Shown in pieces: positions 37,056-49,786 of a stretch of 64,000 bases of DNA. Origin of the DNA: Malacoraja senta (Eukaryota); assembly GCA_038087875.1 (NCBI GenBank), contig CM075977.1, positions 198,276,001 to 198,340,000 of the forward strand, given 5' to 3'. Every line of letters starts with the position of its first letter. Within the stretch, counting starts at the first letter, position 1. The translations under genes were made by a program, and so were the position numbers. The notes under the pieces are model-generated. The model was not told the DNA's origin. It was given only the letters and a program-made list of their open reading frames with translations, and searched no databases.

Positions 37056-37302
37056 NNNNNNNNNNNNNNNNNNNNNNNNNNNNNNNNNNNNNNNNNNNNN
37101 NNNNNNNNNNNNNNNNNNNNNNNNNNNNNNNNNNNNNNNNNNNNNNNNNNNNNNNNNNNNNNNNNNNNNNNNNNNNNNNNNNNNNNNNNNNNNNNNNNNN
37201 NNNNNNNNNNNNNNNNNNNNNNNNNNNNNNNNNNNNNNNNNNNNNNNNNNNNNNNNNNNNNNNNNNNNNNNNNNNNNNNNNNNNNNNNNNNNNNNNNNNN
37301 NN
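37056..37302. other. Assembly gap (247 N)
   Basis: Run of N. Confidence 1.
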
Positions 37303-38481
37303 NTTTCATTGTTCTAACTGGGATGTGAGAGAATAAAACATTCTTGACTCTTGACTTACTCCGCTAATGTGTGGGATAGAACTAGTGTACGGGTGATCGG
37401 TGGTCGGCGTGGACTCGGTGGGTCAAAGGGCCAGTTTCCACGCTGTATCTTTAAATTAAACTAAAATCACTAAAACCAGAGGGATTCTAAAGAAGGGTCT
37501 CTACCCAAAACGTCACCCAATTTTTTCTATCCAGTTACTGGCTGCTCCATGGAGTTCCCCCGCACAATTAAAGCATGGAATAGTCTTCACCCTACCATAG
37601 TTACCCAACCAGACACAACTAAATTTAAGGTACCTCCTTTTTCCCCTAGAACCCTTTTTTGCTTAAGTCCAAGTCAAGAGTCAAGAGAGTTTTATTGTCA
37701 TGTGTCCCAGATAGGACAATGACATTCTTGTTTGCTGCAGCACAACAGAATATGTCAACATAATACAGAACAGGAGATAAAAGTTCAGTGTGTTTATATA
37801 CCTTAGACCATATATATACATAATAAATAAACAGATAAAATGCAATAGGCTGTTATTGTTCCGCCCTCCACCACCTCCAGTTTACATTCCATTTAGAATA
37901 TTTATGGAGGACCAGGAAACCAGAAGCAAGAGTTACTCCAGGGAGTTGCTCCAGATCCAGGTTCAGGGAGTGATTCTGAGTTGGTTTTCAGCGGTCGTGG
38001 CGAGGTGGCGACCGGACAGCAATGGCGGCCAGATCTCCCACAATTCAAAGGGAGGGAGAAAGTGCCCAGCGCTGACCAGTTGCCGTGGCAGTGCACATGT
38101 GCAGGGCGGCCGATGATGTGAGGGCCGTGGTTGTGCGCATGTGCAGGGGGGAGGATGTGCTGGCCGTAGCAGTGCGCATGTGCTAGGCGGCCTGCCGTGC
38201 CGGCGGATGAGGAGCGAGCGGAGAGCGGAGACCCGGCGGCCTGGACACGGATACGGATGGTGGGCGGAGACGGAGATTGACAGACAGAGAGAGAGAGAGA
38301 TAGAGAGGGGGGCCCGCCCAGAGTTGAACGCCAGGTGTCCTGCCTTGGCCAGAGGCCCCCTAGATTTCAAGGCCCAAAGCTTCAGTCTATGAAGCCTAGT
38401 GGTAAATCTGGCTCTGCGAGGCCCCCCTAGATCTCGAGGCCCTAAGCTTAAGCTTGTCAAGCTTATACGTAAATCCGGCTC

Positions 38482-40355
38482 TGACAGTGCTCCCTTTTTT
38501 AATGTCCCCACCCTGGTCTTCTCCCCTTCCTCAACTTTACTGCCATTTGATTTACAGTCTACTGTGTTGCTCTTGTTATTTGTCAAGGAGTCATTTTATT
38601 TTCCTGTCCTGGTACGAAAGGGCTGCCTTTTCATCTGATTCTCTTGGTGAATCGTATTCTATAAAATCGTCCTGTAAAAGTCTGCAAAAGCTGGGGTGGG
38701 CATGGGAAAAGGTGAAGATACAAAGTTTTATTGAGCAGCATGGGGGTAATTGTGAAATGTTCACAGTTCCATCAGCACTTGTTCACACATTTCTACCGTA
38801 GATCAGATCCACCCTCGTTCTGGACATACCATCTGATAGATCTATTCCATTCACCCTTGGTGTGTCCACGGGACAGCTCTTTGAACACCTCCTCGTATAG
38901 TGACCTATGAACAGCCAGCAGACCTCTGTCTCCCATTCCATAACACCTCATCACTTTCCACGAAAACCACCAACCTGACAATTCCCCAAACCCATACTGC
39001 CTGTACCACCAGGGGTGGCGCACGATTGGCAGCCCCGCCAACAGTCGTGTCTGTTTTGCTGTCCTTTTTATAATTTTTAGTGTGTTTTTAAAGTTTCTGT
39101 AAATGTTCTCCGGTTTGTTTTATGAGGGGGGAGGAGTAAGGGGGAGGGGGAAACTTTATTTTTCAGTCTCTTACCTTGCCGGAGAAGCCATGTTTTCGGG
39201 GTCATATCTCCAGTCGCTCTGCGGCCTAACATCAGTGGAGCTGGAGGCCTCCTCGGACTGACTTTAGGGACCCTGTGCAGGTCGTGGACTTAACATCGAA
39301 TCTGATCCCTTACCTGGGATCGCTCCAATCGCGGCCTGCGGACTTTACCATCGAGCTTGCAGTCTCGGGAGAGGCCGGGTCAGGAGCTCCAACGACGCAG
39401 AGGTTCGAGCAGCCCAGACCCGGGGGTCCGATCGCCGGCGGGGGGAGCTGACATCCTCCCGACGCAGGAGCTGATGATGCGGAGGGCCCAAATGCCACCA
39501 GCTAAAGGAGTCAAGATCATCCTGTCAACGGAGGGCTCGAGGCCCCCGACCGCGGGAGAGCAAATAAGGGAAGTGATTGAACTTTTTTTCGCCTTCCTTC
39601 ACAGTGAGGAATGTGGAGGAGACACTGTGGTGGATGTTTATGTTAAAATGTATTTTGTGTGTCCGTTGCTTTTTATTTGTATGACTGACTTGACAAATGA
39701 AATTCCTCGTATGTTGCAAAACATACTTGGCTAATAAAGTATTATTGTGATTGATTGATTGCGATCTCCTGGAGTGGAAAGCCTCTTCTTGAGATGATTT
39801 CAACATGGGTGATTTCCACCCTAGAAGATCTGGGTTGTCTTCCTTTTAGAGGAAACGCGGTTGCCCCCCACACTCCACAACACCATACAGTTGTAGATGA
39901 TGCCCTCACTTGTGTCTCCTCCATTCGTACAGCTCCCCCCCCCTCCCTTCCCCCAGGCAGAACAGGTTTAGAGTTCCCCTGGACCTTATCTTTTACCCCA
40001 CCAGCCTCCACATCCATGAGAACATTCTATGAAATTTCCACCAACTTCAACGTGATGCCCACCTCAGGTCTTATCTTCATGTCGCCTCCCATTTCTGTCT
40101 TGACATGAGACCACTTTGCCCCTGCTCCCAGGTGCGCTCATCCCCTCCACACTTACGTCTCCCATGCCACTGCCACTTTCCACTGTCACCACAAAATGCA
40201 CTGGACGCAATGGCCCCAAATTTCACGTCTTCTTCTCCAACGTTTCCTGAAGGTTTGCAAGTTTCAAATGCAACAAATGGTGTTTGAGAGAAATAAACAA
40301 ACTACACACCAGTTAGCCTCACACAATTAGCATTTATTTTGGTAGAATCTATAGG
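38482..40355. repeat. Local segmental duplication, copy 1 (copy 2 at 43946-46695)
   Basis: Long exact shared runs (e.g. TTTTTTAATGTCCCCACCCTGGTCTTCTCCCCTTCCTCAACTTTACTGCC...) and the same embedded elements in the same order. Confidence 0.9.
39017..39760 (+). mobile_element. Non-coding non-autonomous retroelement (paralog 45437-46168)
   Basis: GC-rich body; 3' end AATAAAGTATTATTGT(GATT)n; 3' segment similar to 9617-10572. Confidence 0.65.
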
Positions 40356-40990
40356 TGTGATAACAGCACGCTTTGTGAGGCTATGATCTCTAGTCCTGGA
40401 CTATCTCACTATTGGAAACATCCTCCCCACATCCATTCTGTCCAAGCCTTTCATTATTCTGTTCGTTTCAATGATGGTCACCCCTTCATTCTTCTAAACT
40501 CCAGCGAGTACAGGCCCAATGCGTCAAATGCTCATCATATGTTAACCTACTAATTCCTGGGATCATTCTTGTAAACCTATCATATGTTAAGCAAAAAAGC
40601 AGTCAGCAAAAAAGACTACACATGACCGAGTCGTTCACAGTGTACAAATGCAGGATAAATGGAATAACCATTAGTGCAAGGTAAATTCCAGTAAAGTCCA
40701 ATAAAAGATAGTTCTAGAGTCTCTAATGAGGTTGATGGTAGGTCAAGACTGCTCCCATGTTTGCGATATTTCTACACACAGTGTACATGGTTTCCTGATG
40801 GTCAGTACGGACACAGTGGGCCGAAGGGGCTGTTTCTGCCGGGCATTACACGAAAATCATTGATAACAGTGAGCCATCGACTCATGTGTGTGGCAGTGAA
40901 GCGGAGATCGCTGCCGGGGACAAGGTTGCGAGCTCCACACAGACAGCTCGGGATGCCGGGACCCGACCCCGGGGTCCCAGGGCCTGAGAG

Positions 40991-41209
40991 ATGGCGGCTC
41001 CACTCACGGTGCTTTGGCCCGTCACCGTCGCCCATCCCTCTCGGAAACCCACCGGCTCTCGCCCGTCCTCCCTCCTTCCCGCCGAGGGAGGCCGCTCCTC
41101 GCCGCCACTCGACCCGTCGCTCCCCGCCGCGCCCACGCGTTGCCAAAGGTCACGGGTACACAATGGCGCTGGTGTATTCGTGCCCAGAACCTTCCCCGCG
41201 CCGGAGAGG
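40991..41209 (+). CDS. Candidate first coding exon in a CpG-rich patch (73 codons, unidentified)
   Basis: GAGATGGCGGC start, open frame to the donor AGG|GTGAGG (phase 0). No homology recognised. Confidence 0.25.
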
Positions 41210-41737
41210 GTGAGGATTATGGAGAGGAGATGGGCGGTATAATGATGGGAGGAGATGGGTGGTATTATTATAGGAATAGACAGTTGGTATTATGATGGGA
41301 GGGTAAGGGTTTGGTGGGTTCGTGAGGGGAGGAGAGCTTCCGTTAGCAAAAGGGAGAGGTTACGTTTATTCCTTGGAGCGCAGGAGGATGAGGGATGATC
41401 TTATAGAGGTGTACAAAATCATGAGAGGAATAGATCGGGTAGACACACAGAGTCTCTTGCCCAGAGTAGGGAAGTCGAGGACCAGAGGACACACGTTTAA
41501 GGTGAAGGTGAAAAGATTTAATAGGAATCTGAGGGGTAACTTTTTCGCACAAAGTACGGACGAGCTGCCAGAGGAGGTAGTTGAGGCAGGGACTGTCCTA
41601 ACGTTGAAGAAACAGTTAGACAGGCACATGGATAGGACAGGTTTGGTTCCAAACGCAGGCAGGTGGAACTGGTAGCTGGGTCATTTTGGCCGGTGTGTGA
41701 GCAAGTTAAGCCGAAGGGCCTGTTTCCACGCTGTGTC

Positions 41738-43249
41738 ATAGAAACATAGAAACATAGAAAATAGGTGCAGGAGGCCATTCGGCCCTTCGAGCCAGCACCG
41801 CCATTAATTGTGATCATGGCTGATCGTCCCCTATTAATAACCCGTGCCTGCCTTCTCCCCATATCCCTTGACTCCACTAGCCCCTAGAGCTCTATCTAAC
41901 TCTCTCTTAAATCCATCCAGTGATTTGGCCTCCACTGCCCTTTGTGGCAGGGAATTCCATAAAATCACAACTCTCTGGGTGAAAACGTTTTTTCTCACCT
42001 CAATCTTAAATGACCTCCCCTTTATTCTAAGACTGTGGCCCCTGGTTTTGGACTCGCCCAACATTGGGAACATTTTTCCTGCATCTAGCTTGTCCAGTCC
42101 TTTTAGAATTTTATATGTTTCGATAAGATCCCCCCTAATCCTTCTAAACTCCAGTGAATACAAGCCTAGTCTTTTCAATCTTTCCTCATATGACAGTCCC
42201 GCCATCCCAGGGATCAATCTCGTGAACCTACGCTGCACTGCCTCAATCACAAGGATGCCTTCCTCAAATTAGGGGACCAAAACTGCACACAATACTCCAG
42301 ATGTGGTCTTACCAGAGCGCCATACAACTGCAGAAGAACCTCTTTACTCCTATACTGAAATCCTCTTGTTATGAAGGCCAACATTCCATTAGCTTTCTTC
42401 ACTGTCTGCTGTACCTGCATGCCAACTTTCAGTGACTGGTGTACAAGGACACCCAGGTCTCGCTGCACCTCCCCCTTACCTAACCTAACCCCATTGAGAT
42501 AATAATCTGCCTCCTTGTTTTTGCCGCCAAAGTGGATAACCTCTCATTTATCTATATTATACTGCATCTGCCACGCATCTGCCCACTCACTCAACCTGTC
42601 CAGGTCACCATGCAACCTCCTAACATCCTCTTCACAGTTCACACTGCCACCCAGCTTTGTGTCATCCGCAAACTTGCTAGTGTTGCTCCTAATTCCCTTT
42701 TCCAAATCATTAATATATATGGTAAACAGATGCGGCCCCAACACCGAGCCTTGCGGCACTCCACTCGCCACTGCCTACCATTCTGAAAAGGACCCGTTCA
42801 CTCCTACTCTTTGCTTCCGGTCTGCCAACCAATTTTCTATCCATGTCAACACCCTACCCCCAATACCATGTGCTCCAATTTTAGTCACCAGTCTCCCGTG
42901 CGAGACCTTATCAAAGGCTTTCTGAACGTCTAGATACACTACATCCACTGGCACCCCTTCATCCATTTTACTTGTCACATCCTCAAAAAAGTCCAGAAGA
43001 TTAGTCAAGCATGATTTCCCTTTCATAAATCCATGTTGACTTGGACTAATCATTTTGCTACTATCCAAATGCCCCATTATTACATCTTTAATAATTGACT
43101 CCAGCATCTTTCCCACCACCGAAGTCAGGCTAACTGGTCTGTAATTCCCCGTTTTCTCTCTCGCTCCTTTCTTGAAAAGTGGGATAACATTAGCTATCCT
43201 CCAATCCACAGGAACTGATCCTGAATCTATTGAACATTGGAAAATGATC
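41738..43249 (-). mobile_element. CR1 LINE RT fragment, frameshifted
   Basis: NYRPVSLTS, GVPQGSVLGP, KFADD, RPHLEYC; (TTCTATGT)n tail. Confidence 0.95.
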
Positions 43250-43945
43250 TATGTGTCACTCTTTGACGTTCTCAGAGTGGATTTCTGAGGGGAGGGGATG
43301 GGTGAGTTTGTGAGTAGAGAAGACTGATGGGTGAGTTTGTGAGAGAGGGGGAGGGTTTGTGAAGGGAGTGCGGGTGGTCGCTGGGATGGAGAGATGGTGC
43401 ACCATGGTTGCCGCTCCAGCTGTGGGTGGTTGGTGGAGGCCTAGAGAGTAGGGAGAGATCCTGAGGGAGAACGAGTACTCCTGTTGGAGGAAACAGATCC
43501 TGAGGAAGATGGAGAGGTCTTGAGTAAGAGATCCTGAGGGAGAGGAAGAGATCCAGAGGGATAAGGAGAGATTAAGAGGGATAGGGAGAAATCCGGAGGA
43601 AACATAGCCTGCTGGCCTGACCGTGTGGTGTGATGGAAGCTGGGCGTCCGTGGAAGTTTCTAGAACGCGAGTGAATCCAACCACCGCCTCCCCTTCCCCT
43701 TCGTGGACTAAGTGCAGGTAAGTAGGATCAGTACTGGAGGGCATTGGATGGTCAGAATGGAGGAAATGGGCCGAGTGCCTGTTCCTGTGCTCTGTGTGAT
43801 CTATGTCTATGAATTATTCAACAATTTCTGTTGGCAGCTTGATATTTGTACAATTTCTCCACTCCAGTCTAAGCCCTTTCCTGAATGTCTCCCCTACAGA
43901 GAGAAACATCCAGAATCAGTGGCTGAACCTTGCACCTCTGCTCAC

Positions 43946-46695
43946 AGTGCTCCATTTTTTAATGTCCCCACCCTGGTCTTCTCCCCTTCCTCAACTTTAC
44001 TGCCATTTGATTTACAGTCTACTGTGTTGCTCTTGTTATTTGTCAAGGAGTCATTTTATTTTCCAGTCATGGTACGAAAGGGCTGCCTTTTCATCTGATT
44101 CTCTTGGTGAATCGTGTTCTATAATATCATCCTGTAAAAGTCAGCAAAAGCTGGGGCGGGAATGGCAATAGACAATAGACAATAGGTGCAGGAGTAGGCC
44201 ATTTGGCCCTTCGAGCCAGCACCGCCATTCAATGTGATCATCCCCAATCAGTAGCCCGTTCCTGCCTTCTCCCCATATCCCCTGACTCCGCTATTTTTAA
44301 GTCCTTTCTAGCTCTCTCTTGAAAGCATCCAGAGAACCTGCCTTCACCGCCCTCTGAGGCAGAGAATTCCACAGACTCACCACTCTCTGTGAGAAAAAGT
44401 GTTTCCTCGTCTCCGTTCTAAATGGCTTACTCCTTATTCTTAAACTGTGGCCCCTGGTTCTGGACTCCCCCAACAACGGGAACATGTTTCCTGCCTCTAG
44501 CGTGTCCAAGCCCTTAACAATCTTATATGTTTCAATGAGATCTCCTCTCATCCTTCTAAACTCCAGAGTGTACAAGCCCAGGTGCTGCATTCTCTCAGCA
44601 TATGACAGTCCCGCCATCCCAGGAATTAACCTTGTAAACCTACGCTGCACTCCCTCAATAGCAAGAATGTCCTTCCTCAAATTAGGGGACCAAAACTGCA
44701 CACAATACTCCAGGTGTGTTCTCACTAGGGCTCTGTACAACTGCAGAAGGACCTCTTTGCTCCTATATTTAATTCCTCTTGTTATAAAGGCCAACATGCC
44801 ATTCGCTTTCTTCACTGCCTGCTGTACCTGCATGCTTACTTTCATAGACTGATGTACAAGAACCCCAGATCCCGTTGTACTTCCCCTTTTCCCAACTTGA
44901 CGCCATTTAGATACTAATCTGCCTTCCTGTTTTTGCTACCAAAGTGGATAACCTCACATTTATCCGCATTAAACTTCATCTGCCATGCTTCTGCCCACTC
45001 CCCCAACCTGTCCAAGTCAACCTGCATTCTCATAGCATCCTCCACACAGTTCACACTGCCACCCAGCTTTGTGTCATCTGCAAATTTGCTAATGTTACTT
45101 TGAATCCCTTCATCCAAATGGGAAAAGGTGAAGATACAAAGTTTTATTGAGCAGCATGGGGGTAATTGTGAAATGTTCACAGTTCCATCAGCACTTGTTC
45201 ACACATTTCTACCGTAGATCAGTTCCACCCTCGGTCTGGACATACCATCTGATAGATCTATTCCATTCACCCTTGGTGTGTCCACGGGACAGCTCTTTGA
45301 ACACCTCCTCGTATAGTGACCTACGAACAGCCAGCAGACCTCTGTCTCCCATCCCATAACATATCTCATCACTTTCCACGAAAACCACCAACTTGACAAT
45401 TCCCCAAACCCATACTGCCTGTTCCACCAGGTGCGGTGCACGATTGGCAGCCCCGCCAACAGTCGTGTCTGTTTTTCCGTCCTTTTTTAATTTTTTAGTG
45501 TGTTTTAAAGGTTGTGTAAATGTTCTCCGGTTTGTTGTATGTGGGGGGAGGGGGAGGGGGTCGGGGGAAGTCTCTTACCTCGCTGGAGTTGCGATGATTT
45601 CCGGGTCGTATCCCCGGTTGCACTTCGGCTTAATATCAATGGACCTGGAGGCCTCCTCGGATTGACTTTGGAGCCCCTCCGCAGGATGTGGACTTAACTT
45701 CGAAGCTGAACCCTTGTCTGGGATTGTTCCAATCGCATCCTGCGGACTTTACCATCGAGCTCGCAGTCTCGCGAGAGGCAGGGTCGGGAACTCCAACGAC
45801 GCAGAGGTTCGACCAGCCCCAACCCGGGGATCCAATCGCCAGCGCGGGGGGTGATGACATCCCCCCGATTCAGGAGCTGATGATGCGGAGGCCCCAAATG
45901 CCGCCGGCTACTGTAGTCAAGATCGTCCCGTCAATGAAGGGCTCGAGGCCCCGAACTGAGGGAGAGCAAATAAGGGAAGAGATTGAACTTTCTTTCGCCT
46001 TCCATCACAGTGAGGAATGTGGAGGAGTCACTGTGGTGGATGTTTATGTTAAAATGTATTTTGTGTGTCCATTGCTTTTTATTTGTATGACTGAATTGAC
46101 AAATGAAATTCTTTGTATGTTGCAAAACATACTTGGTTAATAAAGTATTATTGTGATTGATTGATTGTGATCTCCTGGAGTGGAAAGCATCTTCTTGAGA
46201 TGATTTCAACATGGGTGATTTCCACTCTAGGATATCTGGAATGTCCTCCTTTCAGAGGAAATGCGGTTGCCCCCCAAATTCCACAACACCCTACAGTTGT
46301 AGATGATGCCCTCACCTGTGTCTCCTCCATTCGTACAGCTCCCCCCCCTCCCTTCCTCCAGACAGAACAGGTTTAGGGTTCCCCTGGACTTTATCTTTTA
46401 CCCCACCAGCCTCCACATCCACGAGAAAATTTTATGATATTTCCACCAACCACAACGTGATGCCCACCCCAGGTCTTATCTTCATGTCGCCTCCCATTTC
46501 TGCCTTGACAAGAGACCACTTTGCCCCTGCACCCAGGTGCACATATCGCAAAGGCCTCAAATTTCACATCTTCTGCAACATTTCCTGAAGGTTTGCAAGT
46601 GTCAAATGCAACAAATGGTGTTTGAGAGAAATAAACAAACTACACACCAGTTAGCCTCACACAATTAGCATTTATTTTGCTAGAATCTATACGTG
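43946..46695. repeat. Local segmental duplication, copy 2 (carries an extra CR1)
   Basis: Colinear with 38482-40355 once 44165-45117 is removed. Confidence 0.9.
44165..45117 (-). mobile_element. CR1 LINE 3' fragment present only in duplication copy 2
   Basis: ORFs 44297-44845 and 44914-45180; (CTATTGT)n tail; AATGG at both junctions. Confidence 0.9.
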
Positions 46696-49420
46696 ATAAC
46701 TGCACACTTTGAAAGTTTCAAGGGATTAGATAAAATCAATTTGTATTTTAATGAATATAGGAACAGTACAGCACAGGAACAGGCCCTTCGGCCCATCATG
46801 ACACTACCAAATTTGATGGCTGGTAAACTAACCTCTTCTGCCTACGTGTGATCCACATTCCCCCCTTCCCTGTATATCCATGTGTCTATCTAATTGCCTC
46901 TTCAATGCCCTATTGTATCTGATTCCACTAAACCTGGCAGGGCATTCCAGGCCCCATCACTCTATGTAGAAAAAAACCTGCCCCTCATATTAAAACTATA
47001 CCCTCTAGTCTTTGTCATTTCTACCTGGGGAAAAGGTTTTGACTGTCTACCTAATCTCTGCTTCTCATAGTTTTTTATACTTCTATCAGATTTTCCCTGA
47101 ATATCCGACTCTCTAGAGAAAATGTCCAACCTCTCCTCAGAGCTCATACTTTCTAATCCTGGTAAACCTTTTCTACACCCTCTCCAAAGAGCTTCCACAT
47201 GCTTCCTGTACTAGGGCTATCAGAACTGCACACATTTTTATTTATTCAAGGTTTGACAAACCTGCTCGGAGTTTTTTTCCAAGTATGTAATTGGTAGGAA
47301 AATATGAATGGGTGCAGTGTATTTGCATGTTCAGAAGATCTTTAATCAAATACCACATTGAGGTAGGTATGCAAAATTCAAGCACTGATATTGGGGGAAT
47401 GAAATCTAATAGGAACCAGTGGGCCGTAGAATGAGGGTGATGGTGTTAAGATATGTGGAAGACAGTTAGGAAAAGGTTTGCATTCACACACCAATCAAAT
47501 AATAACTTGCCGTTTCATTTCCCCCTGAAATTGGGTACGTATACATGAAACACAAGAGACTTGCGTGCAGGTATTGTAAGCAGTTGTAAAGACAAATGGA
47601 ATGCTGGTTTTTATTGCACAAGATGAGTGTATAAAAGGAAGGATGTTTTAATGCAACATTACAGGGTACAGTTCCCCCCATCATACTAATTCAGCGAGTT
47701 TTTTACCCACTCACTTAAACCGTCTATATGTCTGTGCCGGCCCATTGTGTCCTCATCACTTACTAACCCACCTGTCTTTGCATCGTCAGACAGCGTCTCT
47801 GCAGTACTTTTGGTGCTTTCATCCTTTGTTTGCTTCGGATACTCTGTTCCTTTTATATACTTGCAGAAGCTCCTTTTATCCGTTTTATATTTACCAATTT
47901 TCTCCATCAATCCTGTCCTCATAATTTTTTAAGATGTTTACTTCTGTCTTACAATCTCCCAATCCTCTTACAAATAATCTTCTCAATATTACTGTCGGCA
48001 TTTTCTTTCATTTTGAAACTACTTTAGCCAACTGCATCACTCCATTGTAAATGCCTTAATTAAAGTTTAGCAAACCGGCTTCAGACACAAGTGAACTGGG
48101 TACCAGATTCTTCAATGTAGTCATCCCTCTTTACCAGGAGATCTCATCTCATGTTACAAGACGTGCCCAATCCTTGAACCCAACCACCAGTCCAATTTGG
48201 GTAAAGCCCATAGTCCGGCTGTTCCGGTAATGGAAATTCTCCCTTGCAGAATTCACAAATCACCAGTGAAAAATTTGAGATGCAGAATAAAATATGCACT
48301 CTTGGAATTAGTGCGAAAAAAAATGATGTGGTTTCAGCTTACACGTAACACTCCATAATGCAGGGGACACCTGTGATCCGCAAGGAAAAGGGAATGTCTC
48401 TCCTGAGTGCAAAGGATACTCAACGGGTCAGGCGGCATCTGTGCAGAGAGAAAGAGTTCATGCTACTGATTGAATAGCTGAGACAATAAAACAGATTGTT
48501 GGTGCAGAAAGAGTGAGATAGAGAGAGAGGGACAGGGACAAAGGAATGTCTTATGGGGAGAGGCCTGGTTTCCATAGTAATAAATGATTGACAAAGCTAT
48601 CTGGGCATTTAGAAAGAGAACATGTAGAAACTGCAAATGCAAACCAGAGCTACAGGAGATGGCCACAGATCAGGCCGTGCCCGTAGAGGGAGGAAAACAA
48701 GTTCATAATGCAGATGGATTATCTACAACACAGCTGACCAGCTTTGACACAGACAGAGAAAGTGAGCACACCGATATTGTTGATTGCAGAGTCTAGCCTG
48801 GAAAGCTACACCATGCACTTTCCGAGTAAATGGTTGAATGGAATGGAAGAACAGATGATGGAGTCGCAAAGGGAATGGTCCCCTCAGGATGTTGAAAGTG
48901 TAGGCAGGTGGAAGATGTGTCTGTTGGTGGACCCGCACCGATGGTAACAGAAGCTATAAAGGTTGATCCAATGAATGCAGAGACTAGTGGGTGGAAAATG
49001 AGGATCAGGGAAAATCTATTCTTCCTCTGCCTTGGGGAAAGAATTAGCAAAGAAGTTCATGAAAACGATTCAAAGCTGCCAAGGGTCTGTCAGCTAATGT
49101 AGAGATTAAACCATGGTTTAGGATGAAGGAAGACAGCTAAGAGGCATGTGAAATTTGAGTTCTATGTGGATGCAGGAATCAGCAGCAATGCAGTTGCAAA
49201 TGTATCAGATACACCACTGAGGGAGGGGTCGCTGAGTGGGACTGATGTGAGGACAGCTCCATGTACCCCACAGACACACGGTCATAGCTGTGGGAATGTA
49301 GCATTGTTTCTCTCTGAAGTTACACTGCCTGATCCACATCAACAGAACCTGCCACTGTCACTGGAGATGCAGCATCCCTCCTGTTGACACCGGCAATGGA
49401 GCTGAGATGGTGACGTTCAC

Positions 49421-49786
49421 CTCTCTTCAACCAGCAGAAAGTGAAGCCAATTATAAGAAAATAGACCGCATAAATGGCAGCCCGAATGGCCAACGCTCTT
49501 AGTCCATCCTCGAATAGGTGGATCTCACACGTGTCTCTCTGGTGTTCATTCACAGCCACACACGTGTATTTCCCTGGCAGCCTGGGGTGAAGCAGTTTTC
49601 CCACAGTCAGTAATTTCTCTGGATCATGCATGACTGTCATCTCACTACTGGTCACAGGCAGTGCGCTGTTCCCTGGGCCGATCCACGTGATGTTTGCAGG
49701 GGGCTTCCCTTCAGCCCAGCACACGAGGGTGTGTTCTCCAGTTACATTGTCGCTCACAACAGACAGCTCCAGGATGGTGGCTGGGA
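49421..49786 (-). CDS. Siglec-15-like C2-set Ig + transmembrane exon (phase 1-1; if unspliced the frame reads on to TAA at 49320)
   Basis: Acceptor TTCCTTCTCCAAG|. PATILELSV..LVCWAEGKPPANITWIGPGNS..GKYTCVAVN matches the Siglec-15 C2 pattern (CTAEGEPP..WSGP..GRYTCTAAN). TM ALAIRAAIYAVYFLIIGFTFCWL-KR. Putative donor AG|GTGAAC. Confidence 0.85.

Noticed and set aside
37960-38481. Possible hAT-type element (right end TAAATCCGGCTCTG, GGCCC motifs)
   Set aside because: The left TIR is too degenerate and no 8-bp TSD was found, so it is not called.
40958-40978. GGGACCC..GGGTCCC hairpin as another Helitron 3' end
   Set aside because: No CTRR follows and there is no matching 3' module.
49179-49322. 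Frame continues past TAA 49320 with YDRV and VGYMEL (ITIM-like), suggesting a premature stop
   Set aside because: Paralog B has TGA at the aligned position (TGACTT vs TAACTT), so the stop looks ancestral. The region is probably intron, and 46 open codons can occur by chance.
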